Below are positions 45,494 to 55,990 of a stretch of DNA of 64,000 nt, one piece after another (positions within the stretch are counted from its first letter, which is position 1; each line of letters opens with the position of its first letter). The position numbers and the translations under genes are program-made. This DNA is from Basidiobolus meristosporus CBS 931.73 (lineage: Eukaryota > Fungi > Basidiobolomycota). Under the pieces are notes generated by a model. The model was not told the DNA's origin and ran no database searches. It was given only the letters and a program-made list of their open reading frames with translations. Location of the stretch: the NCBI GenBank assembly GCA_002104905.1, contig MCFE01000493.1, forward strand, positions 1 through 64,000. The letters are read 5' to 3'.

Positions 45494-48400
45494 TGCTGTA
45501 AGAGTCTTGGAGATATTGGAAGTGATTGGGAGAACAAGTAGATTATGTGGTTTTCACTTAATGATTTATTGAATGTAAAAGTAGTATTTATACTTTTACC
45601 TGGTCTTGGCATTACAAAGCACGTAGAATAGGTTAAGGAAGGTCCCGAGAACATGTGTGCAAAGTTTGGGGCTGTTTGGACAACTTTGAGAATTTTCATG
45701 TTCTGGGTACCTGGCAATTTGGTGAAAATATTCTAAGTAAATCCCGACAAGGAATTTGGTCAGGTATTCTCTAGGATTTGAAGGTGATGATCAAAGTGAC
45801 TAAGTTAGGTGAATATTTAGGTGGAAATACAAATTTTTACAACACTCCCACTCAGCTAAATGTTCATACTGACTAGTCCTAATTTTGACCTAAGATATTC
45901 AAACTTGTCTCTAGCTAATGGTTTGTTAAATATGTCTGCAATTATTTCATCTGTAGGACAGTAAACTAAGCTAACTAAGTTATTCTCTATAGCTTCACGT
46001 ATGAAATGATGTCTAATATCTATGTGCTTGGTTCTAGCATGAAAAGTTGGATTTCTACCTAATTGTATACATCCTTGATTATCTTGAAATAAAGTAATAG
46101 GCGTTTTTTGACATAGGCCTAAATCTGTAAGGAGCTTTCTTAACCACATTGCTTCTTTTGTAGCTTCACAGGCTGCCATATACTCTGCCTCTGTAGTAGA
46201 AAGTGCTACGGTTGGTTGCTTTCTTGAATTCCATGAAATTGCTCCTTTACAGTAAAGAAAGGTGTATCCTGTGGTGGATCTTCTGTCTGCCAAATTTTGT
46301 CCCCAATCAGCATCAGAGTATCCCACAAGATCCTGTTCTGAATTCTTATAAGTGTATCTTAAGCAGATATCAGCAGTTCCTTTTAGGTATCTAAAAATCC
46401 GCTTAACTGCTGCAATATGATCATATCCATAATTCTGATTATGTTGGCTGACAACTCCCACTGAATATGAGATATCTGGACGTGTTCCAAGCATGATATA
46501 CATCAGACTGCCGACCATAGATTGATAAGGAAAGTCAGGGCTTTCAGATGGCACCAAGCTCTCTTGATTTGGTTGAGTTTTGACCAAGTTAAGGTTTGTC
46601 TCCATTGGGGTAGCTGCCGGTTTACAGTCTTCCATTTTGTACTTCTTTAGTATATCTTGAATATACTTGGATTGGCTTAGGGTAATAGTCTGGGTACTTC
46701 TGTCTATGGAGAACTTAATCCCTAAGTAGTAACTAAGTTCTCCTAGATTGGACATCTTGAACTCCTTGGATAGGCTGAATTTAGTCTCTTCCAATGTTTC
46801 TAGGTTATTGGTGGCTATAATAAGATCATCCACATATAGAGCTAATAGAACTGGATTTGCTCTATCTGGCTTATAGTATATACTATAGTCAGCATTACTT
46901 CTTTTGAAACTCAAAGATTCCAAATAAGAATCTATCTTGCAATTCCAGGCTCTTGGTGATTGTTTGAGACCATATAGTGACTTTTTAAGCTTGCAGACCA
47001 AATGGGGGTTATCTTGGTCAACAAACCCATCAGGCTGGTCCATATACACATCCTCATCAAGCTCTCCATTCAAAAATGCAGTTTTTACATCCATTTGATG
47101 AATAAAAAACTTATATTTGGCTGCAATAGCCAATATTAATCTGATGGAATTAAACTTGGCTACCGGTGCAAAGGTCTCAGTATAGTCAAGTCCTTTTGTT
47201 TGAGAGTATCCTTTGGCTACAAGTCTTGCTTTGTATCTTTCAATTGTACCATCAGCCTTGTATTTTGTCTTGAAGACCCATCTGCCTCCAATTGATTTTT
47301 GGTTGATTGGTAATTTGACTAAGTCCCAAGTTTGATTTTCCATCAGGGCCTGATATTCCTCAGTCATTGCAGATCTCCAACACTTTGTCTGAGGGCTATT
47401 TAGGGCCTCTTTTACAGTCTGGGGTTCATCAATATGGACTGAATAGGCATAGGCTAAGTTTGTACCCTCATTGATATAGTAATTTGGGCTATTTCTTGTC
47501 TGATTGGATCTCCGGGCATTTGATACTGGAATGATCACTTCTGGGATATTCCTGGGCACTGATTCTGGCTGAACCATGGTTGTAGAGTCCTCTGGAGTGA
47601 AAAAATTCTCATTGTTTTGCTCTGATTCAATCCTGACAATTGGTGGACTTGAGATCAAATTTTTGTCATCATCTGATGTCATTTTTTGTGAAAATTTTGA
47701 GTTTTCATCAAACAACACATCCCTGGACTTGATAAGCTTCTTTGCTTTGGTATTGTAGAGTCTGTATGCCTTACTCTCATTGCAGTAGCCCAAAAATATG
47801 CATTTTACACTTTTTGGCTCAAATTTTGACTGATTTCCGGCCAGTTTTTTGGCATATGCTATACACCCAAATATTCTTAGATGTTCTGCACTTGGTCTGT
47901 ATCCATACCATGCTTCAAATGGAGTAGAATCACAAAGTAATCTGTTATAACTGCTATTTTTAAGATATACAGCAGTGGCAACTGATTCCGCCCAAAAATC
48001 ATAGGATAATTTTTGATCATGGATCATAGATCTTGCCATATCAATTATTGATCTGTTAGCTTGTTCTGCTACTCCATTTTGCTGTGGGGAGTATGGTGCA
48101 GTAGTCTCTTGCTTTATCCCATGAATTTTGCAGAAGTGGATGAAGAGTTTTGAGGTATATTCTCCACCATTGTCAGAGCGTATTTTCTTGATTTTTTCAC
48201 CAGTTTCTCTCTCCACCATGGTTTTAAACTCCCTGAACTTAGACAGAGCTTCTTCCTTTCTCTCCATGAAGTAGACCCATGTGTATCTTGTATAATCATC
48301 AATAAAAGTGATTAAATACTTCATCCCGCCTAAGGATAAATTTTGCATAGGTCCACACAGATCTGAGTGAAATAGATCTAATTTTTTCTTAGTTTTGATT

Positions 48401-50179
48401 AACCCAGAGCTCTTGAACAGTTGTCTGGCTTGTTTCCCATATATGCAGGCTTCACAGTGCTCCAAATTAGCTGGGGGATCAATTTTCACTCCAGAAATTA
48501 GCTGATCTTTGATCATTTTGCGCAAATAATCAGAATTGATGTGCCCAAATCTCCTGTGCCAAAGCATTGGTGTTTCTTCATTTAAGTTACTTATATTGGC
48601 ATCCAGATATGATGGAGTATAAGTCAACTTGTATAGATTCTGATCTCTGATGCCTGAAGCAATATGAGCACCATTTTGATCAGTGATCCTGCATCCAGAA
48701 TTGTCAAAACTGAAACTGAGTCCTTCTGCTGTGGCCTTGCTTACAGAGAGTAGGTTCTTGGCTATTTCTGGTACATAGAGTACTTCTTTAAAGGTCAGTG
48801 TATGGCTTCCTTCACTGCTTCTAAGGTTTACTTGGATAGTTCCTTCTCCCACTGCATCAAGTGTTCTATTGTCACCCATGAAAACCTTCTTAATTGGAAT
48901 TTCTTGATATTTGGTAAAAAGTTCTTTTTGGTGTTTAAAGTGTTGAGAAGCTCCAGAGTCAATATACCATGTCTGAGAATCCTTGTTTGTGGTCATATTT
49001 AGTGCAGATATGAATAGTCTATCTTCAGTTGTTGCAGCATTTCCATATTCAGGCTTCTTTTGCTGATTATCTTTCTTTTTGAGACACCGGTCTGATGTGT
49101 GTCCTTTCCTTTTGCAGTAGTTGCAAAATAGGTTGCTGTTGCCTTTGTAGGGTCTTGGGTACCTCCTTTGTTGGTTATCATTGCTTATTAAAGCATTTTC
49201 TTCTTCCTTCTTATTGGCACTTGATTTTCTTAATTCTTCATCCAGGAGCCTTCCATATACGTAATTTAAGGTCAAATCTTCAGTTCTGGACTCTACGGCT
49301 GATACAAGGCCCTGAAACTCGTCTGTCAGGCTATTCAGGATGGTAACTATCACATCCTCATCAGTAGTTGGTACGCCCACAGATTCCATCTCATCTACCA
49401 GCAGGGTAATTCTGTTAATTAGATTTTTCATTTCTTCTCCTGGCAGCATCTTTGTAGTAAAGAATTTTTGTCTCAGATACATTTTCTTGGCAGCTGAACA
49501 TGACTGGTAGGTGTCTTCTAATGCCTTCCAGGCATTCTTTGCCGTTTTTGCTCTTGAGCATTGAATTAGCAAGTTGTCCTTGACATTAAGGCAAATGCAG
49601 TTAAAGGCACTTTGTTCTTTCTTCTGGTACTTTAAGGCTTCCTCTCCCACGTTTTTAGGAGGGCATTCTTCTCCCATAACAATATCCCAAAGGCCTCTTT
49701 CTTGTAGCAGCATCTTCATCCTCACCTTCCACACTTGGTAGTTAGATCCATCCAACTTTTCAGCAGAGGGGAAAATTCCAGTAATAGCAGTAGTAGACAT
49801 TGCAGAGAGTGACAGCTTGGGGCTCATAACCTGTTGTAAGAGTCTTGGAGTTATTGGAAGTGATTGGGAGAACATGTAGATTATGTGTTTTTCACTTAAT
49901 GATTTATTGAATGTAAAAGTAGTATTATACTTTTACCTGGTCTTGGCATTACAAACACGTAGAATAGGTTAAGGAAGGTCCCAAGAACATGTGTGCAAAG
50001 TTTGGGGCTGTTTGGACAACTTTGAAAATTTTCATGTTCTGGGTACCTGGCAATTTGGTGAAAATATTCTAAGTAAATCCCAACAAGGAATTTGGTCAGT
50101 ATTCTCTAGGATTTGAAGGTGATGATCAAAGTGACTAAGTTAGGTGAATATTTAGGTGGAAATACAAACTTTTACAACA
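45494..50179 (-). mobile_element. Full-length Ty1/copia LTR retrotransposon (family A)
   Basis: LTRs 45494-45844 and 49832-50179; TSD ATCAG (45489-45493, 50180-50184); PBS GGTTATGAGCCCC; PPT GCTGAGTGGGAG; uninterrupted gag-pol. Confidence 0.98.
45856..49827 (-). CDS. Copia Gag-Pol polyprotein (UBN2 gag, CCHC knuckle, PR, GAG-pre-IN, IN, RT, RNase H)
   Basis: CNYCKRKGHTSDRC; WYIDSGAS; HRRFGH/CEAC; DLCGP, SDNGGE, NGVAE; [17 protein letters not shown]; YSDADW, TEAEY, QDNQG, ADIFNK. PR-IN-RT-RH order. Confidence 0.97.
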   Translation of the reverse strand: MSPKLSLSAMSTTAITGIFPSAEKLDGSNYQVWKVRMKMLLQERGLWDIVMGEECPPKNVGEEALKYQKKEQSAFNCICLNVKDNLLIQCSRAKTAKNAWKALEDTYQSCSAAKKMYLRQKFFTTKMLPGEEMKNLINRITLLVDEMESVGVPTTDEDVIVTILNSLTDEFQGLVSAVESRTEDLTLNYVYGRLLDEELRKSSANKKEEENALISNDNQQRRYPRPYKGNSNLFCNYCKRKGHTSDRCLKKKDNQQKKPEYGNAATTEDRLFISALNMTTNKDSQTWYIDSGASQHFKHQKELFTKYQEIPIKKVFMGDNRTLDAVGEGTIQVNLRSSEGSHTLTFKEVLYVPEIAKNLLSVSKATAEGLSFSFDNSGCRITDQNGAHIASGIRDQNLYKLTYTPSYLDANISNLNEETPMLWHRRFGHINSDYLRKMIKDQLISGVKIDPPANLEHCEACIYGKQARQLFKSSGLIKTKKKLDLFHSDLCGPMQNLSLGGMKYLITFIDDYTRYTWVYFMERKEEALSKFREFKTMVERETGEKIKKIRSDNGGEYTSKLFIHFCKIHGIKQETTAPYSPQQNGVAEQANRSIIDMARSMIHDQKLSYDFWAESVATAVYLKNSSYNRLLCDSTPFEAWYGYRPSAEHLRIFGCIAYAKKLAGNQSKFEPKSVKCIFLGYCNESKAYRLYNTKAKKLIKSRDVLFDENSKFSQKMTSDDDKNLISSPPIVRIESEQNNENFFTPEDSTTMVQPESVPRNIPEVIIPVSNARRSNQTRNSPNYYINEGTNLAYAYSVHIDEPQTVKEALNSPQTKCWRSAMTEEYQALMENQTWDLVKLPINQKSIGGRWVFKTKYKADGTIERYKARLVAKGYSQTKGLDYTETFAPVAKFNSIRLILAIAAKYKFFIHQMDVKTAFLNGELDEDVYMDQPDGFVDQDNPHLVCKLKKSLYGLKQSPRAWNCKIDSYLESLSFKRSNADYSIYYKPDRANPVLLALYVDDLIIATNNLETLEETKFSLSKEFKMSNLGELSYYLGIKFSIDRSTQTITLSQSKYIQDILKKYKMEDCKPAATPMETNLNLVKTQPNQESLVPSESPDFPYQSMVGSLMYIMLGTRPDISYSVGVVSQHNQNYGYDHIAAVKRIFRYLKGTADICLRYTYKNSEQDLVGYSDADWGQNLADRRSTTGYTFLYCKGAISWNSRKQPTVALSTTEAEYMAACEATKEAMWLRKLLTDLGLCQKTPITLFQDNQGCIQLGRNPTFHARTKHIDIRHHFIREAIENNLVSLVYCPTDEIIADIFNKPLARDKFEYLRSKLGLVSMNI

Positions 50180-50269
50180 ATCAGTACCTCTTAGTCATGG
50201 GACTTTAAATCTGTGATGGCCTTTTGACACAATCATCACAATAAATTCTCATAGGGACTGTTTGGGTCT

Positions 50270-53200
50270 TTATAGGGCTTATACTCCTCAGTCATTTCAG
50301 ATCTCCAAAACTGTGTCTGAGGGCTACTCAGTGCCTCTTTTACAGTCAGGGGCTCATCAATATGGGCAGAATAGGCATAGGCCAAGTTTGTACCCTCATG
50401 GATATAGTAATTAGGGCTATATCTGGTCCAGTTGGATCTCCTGGTTTGTGATACTTGATTGATCACTTCTGGGATATTCCTGGGCACTGATTCAGGCTGA
50501 ACCACAGTTGTAGAGTCCTCTGGAGTGAAAAAAGCTTCATTGTTTTGCTCTGATTTGATCATGACTATGGATGGACTTAGAACCAGATTTTTGTCATCAT
50601 CTAATGTTATTTTTTGTGAATATTTCAATTTTCATCAAGCAGCACATCCCTGGACCTGACCAGCTTCTTTGCTTTGGTCTTGTAGTGCTAGTATGCCTTA
50701 CTCTCATAGCAGTAGCCAAAAAATATTCATTTTGCACTTTTTGGCTCAAATTTTGACTGATTTCTGTATAGTTTCTTGGCATATGCTGTACACCTAAATA
50801 TTTTAAGATGTTCTGCACTAGATCTTTATCCATACTATGCATCAAGTGGAGTAGAATCACAAAGTATTCTGCTATAACTCCTATTTTCTAGATATACAGC
50901 TGTAGCAACTGATACCCCCCAAAAATCTTAGGATAATTCTTGATCTTGGATCTTGCCATATCAATTATTGATTGGTTTGAGCATTCTGCCACTCCATTTT
51001 GCTGCAAAGAGTGTGGTACAGGAGTCTCTTGCTTTATCCTATGAATTTTGCAGATGTGGATGAAGAGTTTTGGGGTCTATTCTCCACCATTGTCACAGTG
51101 TAGTTTCTTGATTTTTTCACCAGTTTCTCTCTTCACCATGACTTTAAGCTCCTTGAACTTAGACAGAGCTTTTTCCTTTCTTTGCATGAAGTAGACCCAT
51201 GTGTATCATGTATATTCATCAATAAAAGTGATTAAATACTTCATACCACCTAGGGATAAATTTTGCATAGGTCCACACAGATCTGAGTAAACTAGATTTA
51301 ATTTTTTCTTAGTTTTGATTAACTCAGAGCTCTAGAATGTTTATCTGGCTTGTTTCCCAAATATGCAGACTTCACAGTGCTCCAAATTAGCTGGGGGATC
51401 AATTTTTACTCCAAAAATTAGCTGATCTTTGATCATTTTGCACAAATAATCAAAATTGATGAGTCCAAATCTCCTGTATCAAAGCATTGGTATTTCATCA
51501 TTCAAGTTATTTATATTTGCTTTCAGATTTGATGGAATATAAGTCAGCTTGTGTTAATTTGGATATCTGGTATCCAAAGCAATGTGGGCACCATTTTGAT
51601 CAGCGATCCTTCATCCAGAATTGTCAAAACTGGAACTGAGTCCTTCTGCTGTGGCCTTGCTAACAAATAGTAGGTTCTTGGCTATTTCTGGTACATAGAG
51701 TACTTTTTTGAAGGTTGGTGTGTGGCTTCCTTCACTGCTTCTGAGGCTTACTTGGATAGTTCCTTCTCAACAGCATCAAGCGATTTATTTGTTGTAATTA
51801 TTAAGTTGTCACCAAAATAGTCATGCTAAATTAGTCACATAGATCTTATTCTTTGATTAGCATTCTGTCCTGACCAAATTTCTTGTTGGGATTTACTTTG
51901 AATATTTTCACCAAATTGTCAGGTACCCAGATTATTATTTTTCTCAAAGTCATCCAAGCAACCCCAAACTTTGCACACAAATTCTTGGGACCTTCCTTAA
52001 CAAACTCTACATGTTTGTTTCCTCTACTTTATCAAAAGTATATACTGCAGTTTTGATCAATAAACCTACAAGTGGATAACATGTAAATCCTCTAGTTCTC
52101 CACATCACTTCCAATACTCCTCAGAATATTGCAACATAATTGTCACCCATGAAAATCTTCTTGATTGGAATTTCTTGATATTGGGTAAACAGTTCTTTTT
52201 GGTGTGTAAAGTTATGAGATACTTCAGAGTCAATATACTACATCTGAGAATTCTTGTTTACAGTCATATCAGTGCAGATATGAATAGTCTATCTTCAGTT
52301 GTTGCTGTATTTCCTTATTTAGGCCTTTTCTTGCTGATTAGCTTTCTTTCTGAGGCACCAGTCTGATGTGTGTCCTTCCTGTTGCAGTAGTTGCCTGACA
52401 GGTTGCTGCTGCCTTTGTAGGGTCCTGGGTACCTCCTTTGTTGGTTATCATTGCTGATTAAAGCACTTTCTTCTTCCTTTTTACTGACACTTGTTTTTCT
52501 TAAGCCTTTGATATACATAATTCAAGGTCAAATCTTCAGTTCTGAGCTCCAGGGCTGAAACAAGGCCTGAAACCTGTCTGTCAGGCTATTCAGGATGGTA
52601 ACTATCACATCCTCATCTCTAGTTGGTATGCCCACAGATTCCATCTCATCAACCAATGGGGCAATTCTGTTAATTAAATTTTTCATTTCTTCTCCTGGCA
52701 GCAAATTTGTGGTAAAGAATTTTTGTCTCATATACATTCTCTTAGCGGCTGAACAAGATTGGTAGGTGTCTTGTAATGCCTTCCAGGCATTCTTTACCAC
52801 TTATACTCTTATGCATTGAATTAGCAACTTGACTCTATCACTAAAGCAAATGCAGTTAAAGGCACTTTGTTCTTTCTTCTGTTACTTTAAGACTTCCACT
52901 CCCACACTTTTAGGAGGGCATTCTTCTCCCATGAAATATCCCAAAGGCCTTTTTCCTGTAGTAGCATCTCCATCTTCACCTTTGAGACTTGGTAGACAGA
53001 TGCATCCAACTTTTCAGCAGAGGGAAAAATTCCACTAGTAGCAGTAGTAGACATTGTAGTGAGTGATGGTTTGGGGCTCATAACCTGTTGTAAGAGTCTT
53101 GGAGATATTGGAAGTGCTTGGGAGGACAAGTAGATTTTGAGGTTTTCACTTAATGATTTATTGAATGTAAAGGCAATATTTATACTTTTACACGGTATTG

Positions 53201-53434
53201 GCATAAGATTCATGTAGAGTAAGTTTAGGAAGATCCCAAGAGCATGTGTGCAAAGTTTGGGGCTGTTTGGACAACTTTGAGAATTTTCATGTTCTAGGTG
53301 CCTGATATTTGGTGATAATTTTCTAAGTAAATCCTGACAAGAAGTTTGGTTGGTATTCACTAAGATTTTGTAGGTAATGATCTAAGTCACCAAGTTAGAT
53401 GAATATTTAGGCAAAAATGCAAACTTTTACAACA
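50270..53434 (-). mobile_element. Degenerate family A copia (5' LTR 53086-53434, gag, PR, IN; 3' truncated)
   Basis: Colinear with ~47330-50179 but with many stops and indels; PBS present. Confidence 0.9.
51790..52136 (+). repeat. Solo LTR of family B inserted in the protease region of the degenerate A copy
   Basis: Reverse complement of the 758-1106 LTR, with imperfect TSD ttatt/taatt. The host sequence resumes (catcaag...|...gtcacccatg). Confidence 0.88.
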
Positions 53435-53700
53435 CTTTCAAGGTAGGTAAACCACCAAGTGAAACAATTTAGAATAGGCTAGTAGAACATCATCAACTGA
53501 TCAGCTTGATTCTAACTTTCCCAAAAGTGACAACTCTCAATTTCCCAGGTACTGGCTTATCAGACAAGCAGACATTCTTTCTATTGAGAGACTAAGCCAA
53601 CTTGTACTCATACAAAATTTGGTTATCAGCTGCACATTATTTCTGCCAAAAATTGCAGCTGAAAATTTGATACAGAAACACCTGCTTAATACAGGTAAAT

Positions 53701-54049
53701 TGTTGCAATATTCTAAGGAGTATTGGAAGTGTTGTGGAGCACCAGAGGACTTACCTATTATGCACTTGTAGATTTATTGGTCAACAGTGTGGTATTTATA
53801 CTTCTGATAAAGTAGAGTAGACAAACATGTAGAGTTTATCAAGGAAGATCTCAAGAATATGTGTGCCCACTTTGGGGTCTTTTGGACAGCTTTGACAAAG
53901 GTCATAAACTGAGTACCTGATAATTTGGGGAAAATATTTGAAGTGAATCCCAAAAAGAAATATGGTCAGGAGAGATTGCTAATTGCAGAATAAGATCTAT
54001 ATGACTAAGTTAGCATGAATATTTAGATGACAACTTAATAGTTACAACA
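53701..54049 (-). repeat. Older solo LTR, family B-like
   Basis: tgttgcaatattct...gttacaaca, 349 bp, many substitutions; flanks taaat/aaaat. Confidence 0.85.
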
Positions 54050-54059
54050 AAAATAACAT

Positions 54060-54400
54060 CAGAAAAGCAGCAAAAAATCCAATAAATTCCAAGTTTGAGA
54101 CTTTTCATAGGGGAATGGCTTCCTTCACTACTCATTTGGTATATTAAATATTACCTTTCATAATTGCATCAAATGTTCTTTAGTGTCCCATGATACCTTG
54201 TTAGTTGGAACTTATAGATATTTGATAAATAGTTTTTTTGGTGTGCAAAGTGTAAAGAAGTACCAGAGCTAATGAGTAACATCTATGATATGAATAGTTT
54301 AACTTTAGTGGTTGCAGCAATTCCATGCTTGAGCTTGTTTTGCTGATGATCTCTCCATACAAAAAAAAACCCAAAAAAGGCCAGCAGAATACCTATATAA
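54060..54400. mobile_element. Highly decayed copia PR/gag fragments
   Basis: Blocks such as ttccttcact and gatatgaatagt...gttgcagca resemble 48800-49050. Confidence 0.5.
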
Positions 54401-54759
54401 AATCAGCTGAGTTCAAGGTTTCTTCAAGCTCACAACTCTCAATACTTGGGTTACTGGCTATTTGGCAGACAAGAAGATATATTATGCAGGAGGGGACCAG
54501 ACCAACTGGCTTATACACCAAGTGTAGTAAGCAGCTACTCACAACATTGACCAAAAGCTGCAACTAGAAATTTGAAGCAAAAATGCCAGCTGAATGCCAG
54601 AAAAATACTGTCAAATAATAGCAGAACACTATCAGCTACTCATATGAACTCCAAGTCTGAGATTTTTACAAGGCCACTTTTGTAAGAACCAGTCTGATGA
54701 GTGCATTCCTTCAACAGTAGCCACAAGCACAGATGTTCCTGCCTTCAAAGGGTGTCAAG

Positions 54760-55263
54760 TGTTGTAAAAATATGTAATTCCAGCTAAATATTCTCCTAAC
54801 TAAGTCACTTAGAGCATTACCTACAAGTCTTGGAGAATACTGACCAAATTCATTGTTGGAAATTACTTTGAGTATTTTCACCAAAACATTGTGTACCCAG
54901 AACATGCCATTGCTCAAAGTTGTCCAACTGCCAAAGTTTGCACACATGTTCTTGGCACCTTCAAGTTATGATTCTTCTACCTAATGATTGATTGAATATA
55001 CAAGTAGTATATATACTTTTACATAGTCTTGGCAAAGAAAAGACACAGAATATGATTAGGAAGGTCCTAAGTGCATGTATGCAAATCTTGGGGCTGTTTG
55101 GACAACTTCAAGAAATTTTGTATGCTAGGCATGTGATATTATGGTGAGAATATTCCAAGTGAATCCTGAAAAGGAATTGTGTTGGAACTCTCCAAGATTG
55201 TAGGTAACAATCTAAGTGAATAAGTTAGGTTAATATATAGGTAGAATTGCAAACCTTACAACA
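54760..55263. repeat. Two truncated family A-like LTRs joined in opposite orientation
   Basis: A + strand LTR start (tgttgtaaaa) runs to ~54960, then a minus-oriented LTR ends ...ccttacaaca at 55263. Confidence 0.7.
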
Positions 55264-55869
55264 CTCTCAAGATACTTCTTATCATCTCAATGCTGGCCTA
55301 AATCCATTTGCTCATTTGAATCCAGGATAATGCTCATGGTACAGATCTAGTGCATTCTGCTTGGCCTTTAGTTCCTGAAAGTCCCATGGTATGCTGGCCT
55401 TTGGATGATGGCATGCCAGACTTCTTGTGGCCTCTTGTATATTAGCCCACTTTTTGTCATTGCACATAATAGCTTCACAGTGTGGGGCTGTATAAGTCCA
55501 AGGGAGAGATATGTCCAACAATCCTTGGTGTTTTGTGTGTATGGAGTTCACAGGGTGCACAAGCCTCAGACAAAGGCTTGCAAGGAATACTTGGGTTTTT
55601 TTCTTTACCCTAGTGTGAAGGGGAATGAAGCCTCAAGCTTGTCAGAGGACAGCTATTGAGCTACAATCCCCAACTTAGTTGGTGTCTTGGCAAAAGTATG
55701 TGCTGGGTTTAGCATCCATTGAGACAACAATGTACTAAAGCTTCCAAAGTCAACACAACTATAAACTCCACCAGCAGGGACTTGATCAGAATTCAGCTTT
55801 GGTCAATATCTCAAGAAATCAATCAAGAGAAATCTCACTGGTTGTGTATATTTTCAGGTATATCAAAAG

Positions 55870-55990
55870 TGTTGTAAGAATTTATAATTCCACCTAAATA
55901 TTCACCCAACTTAGTCACTTAGATTATTACCTACATATCTCAGAGAATACTGACCAAATTCCTTGTTGGGATTTACTTAGAATATTTTCT
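55870..55990 (+). repeat. Truncated family A LTR
   Basis: tgttgtaagaatttataattccacctaaatattcacc...gggatttacttagaatatttt. Confidence 0.75.

Noticed and set aside
49828-49875. ORF-track start at 49875 for gag-pol
   Set aside because: This ATG lies in the LTR and is TTG in the other LTR copies (e.g. 45494-45844), so it is a private mutation.
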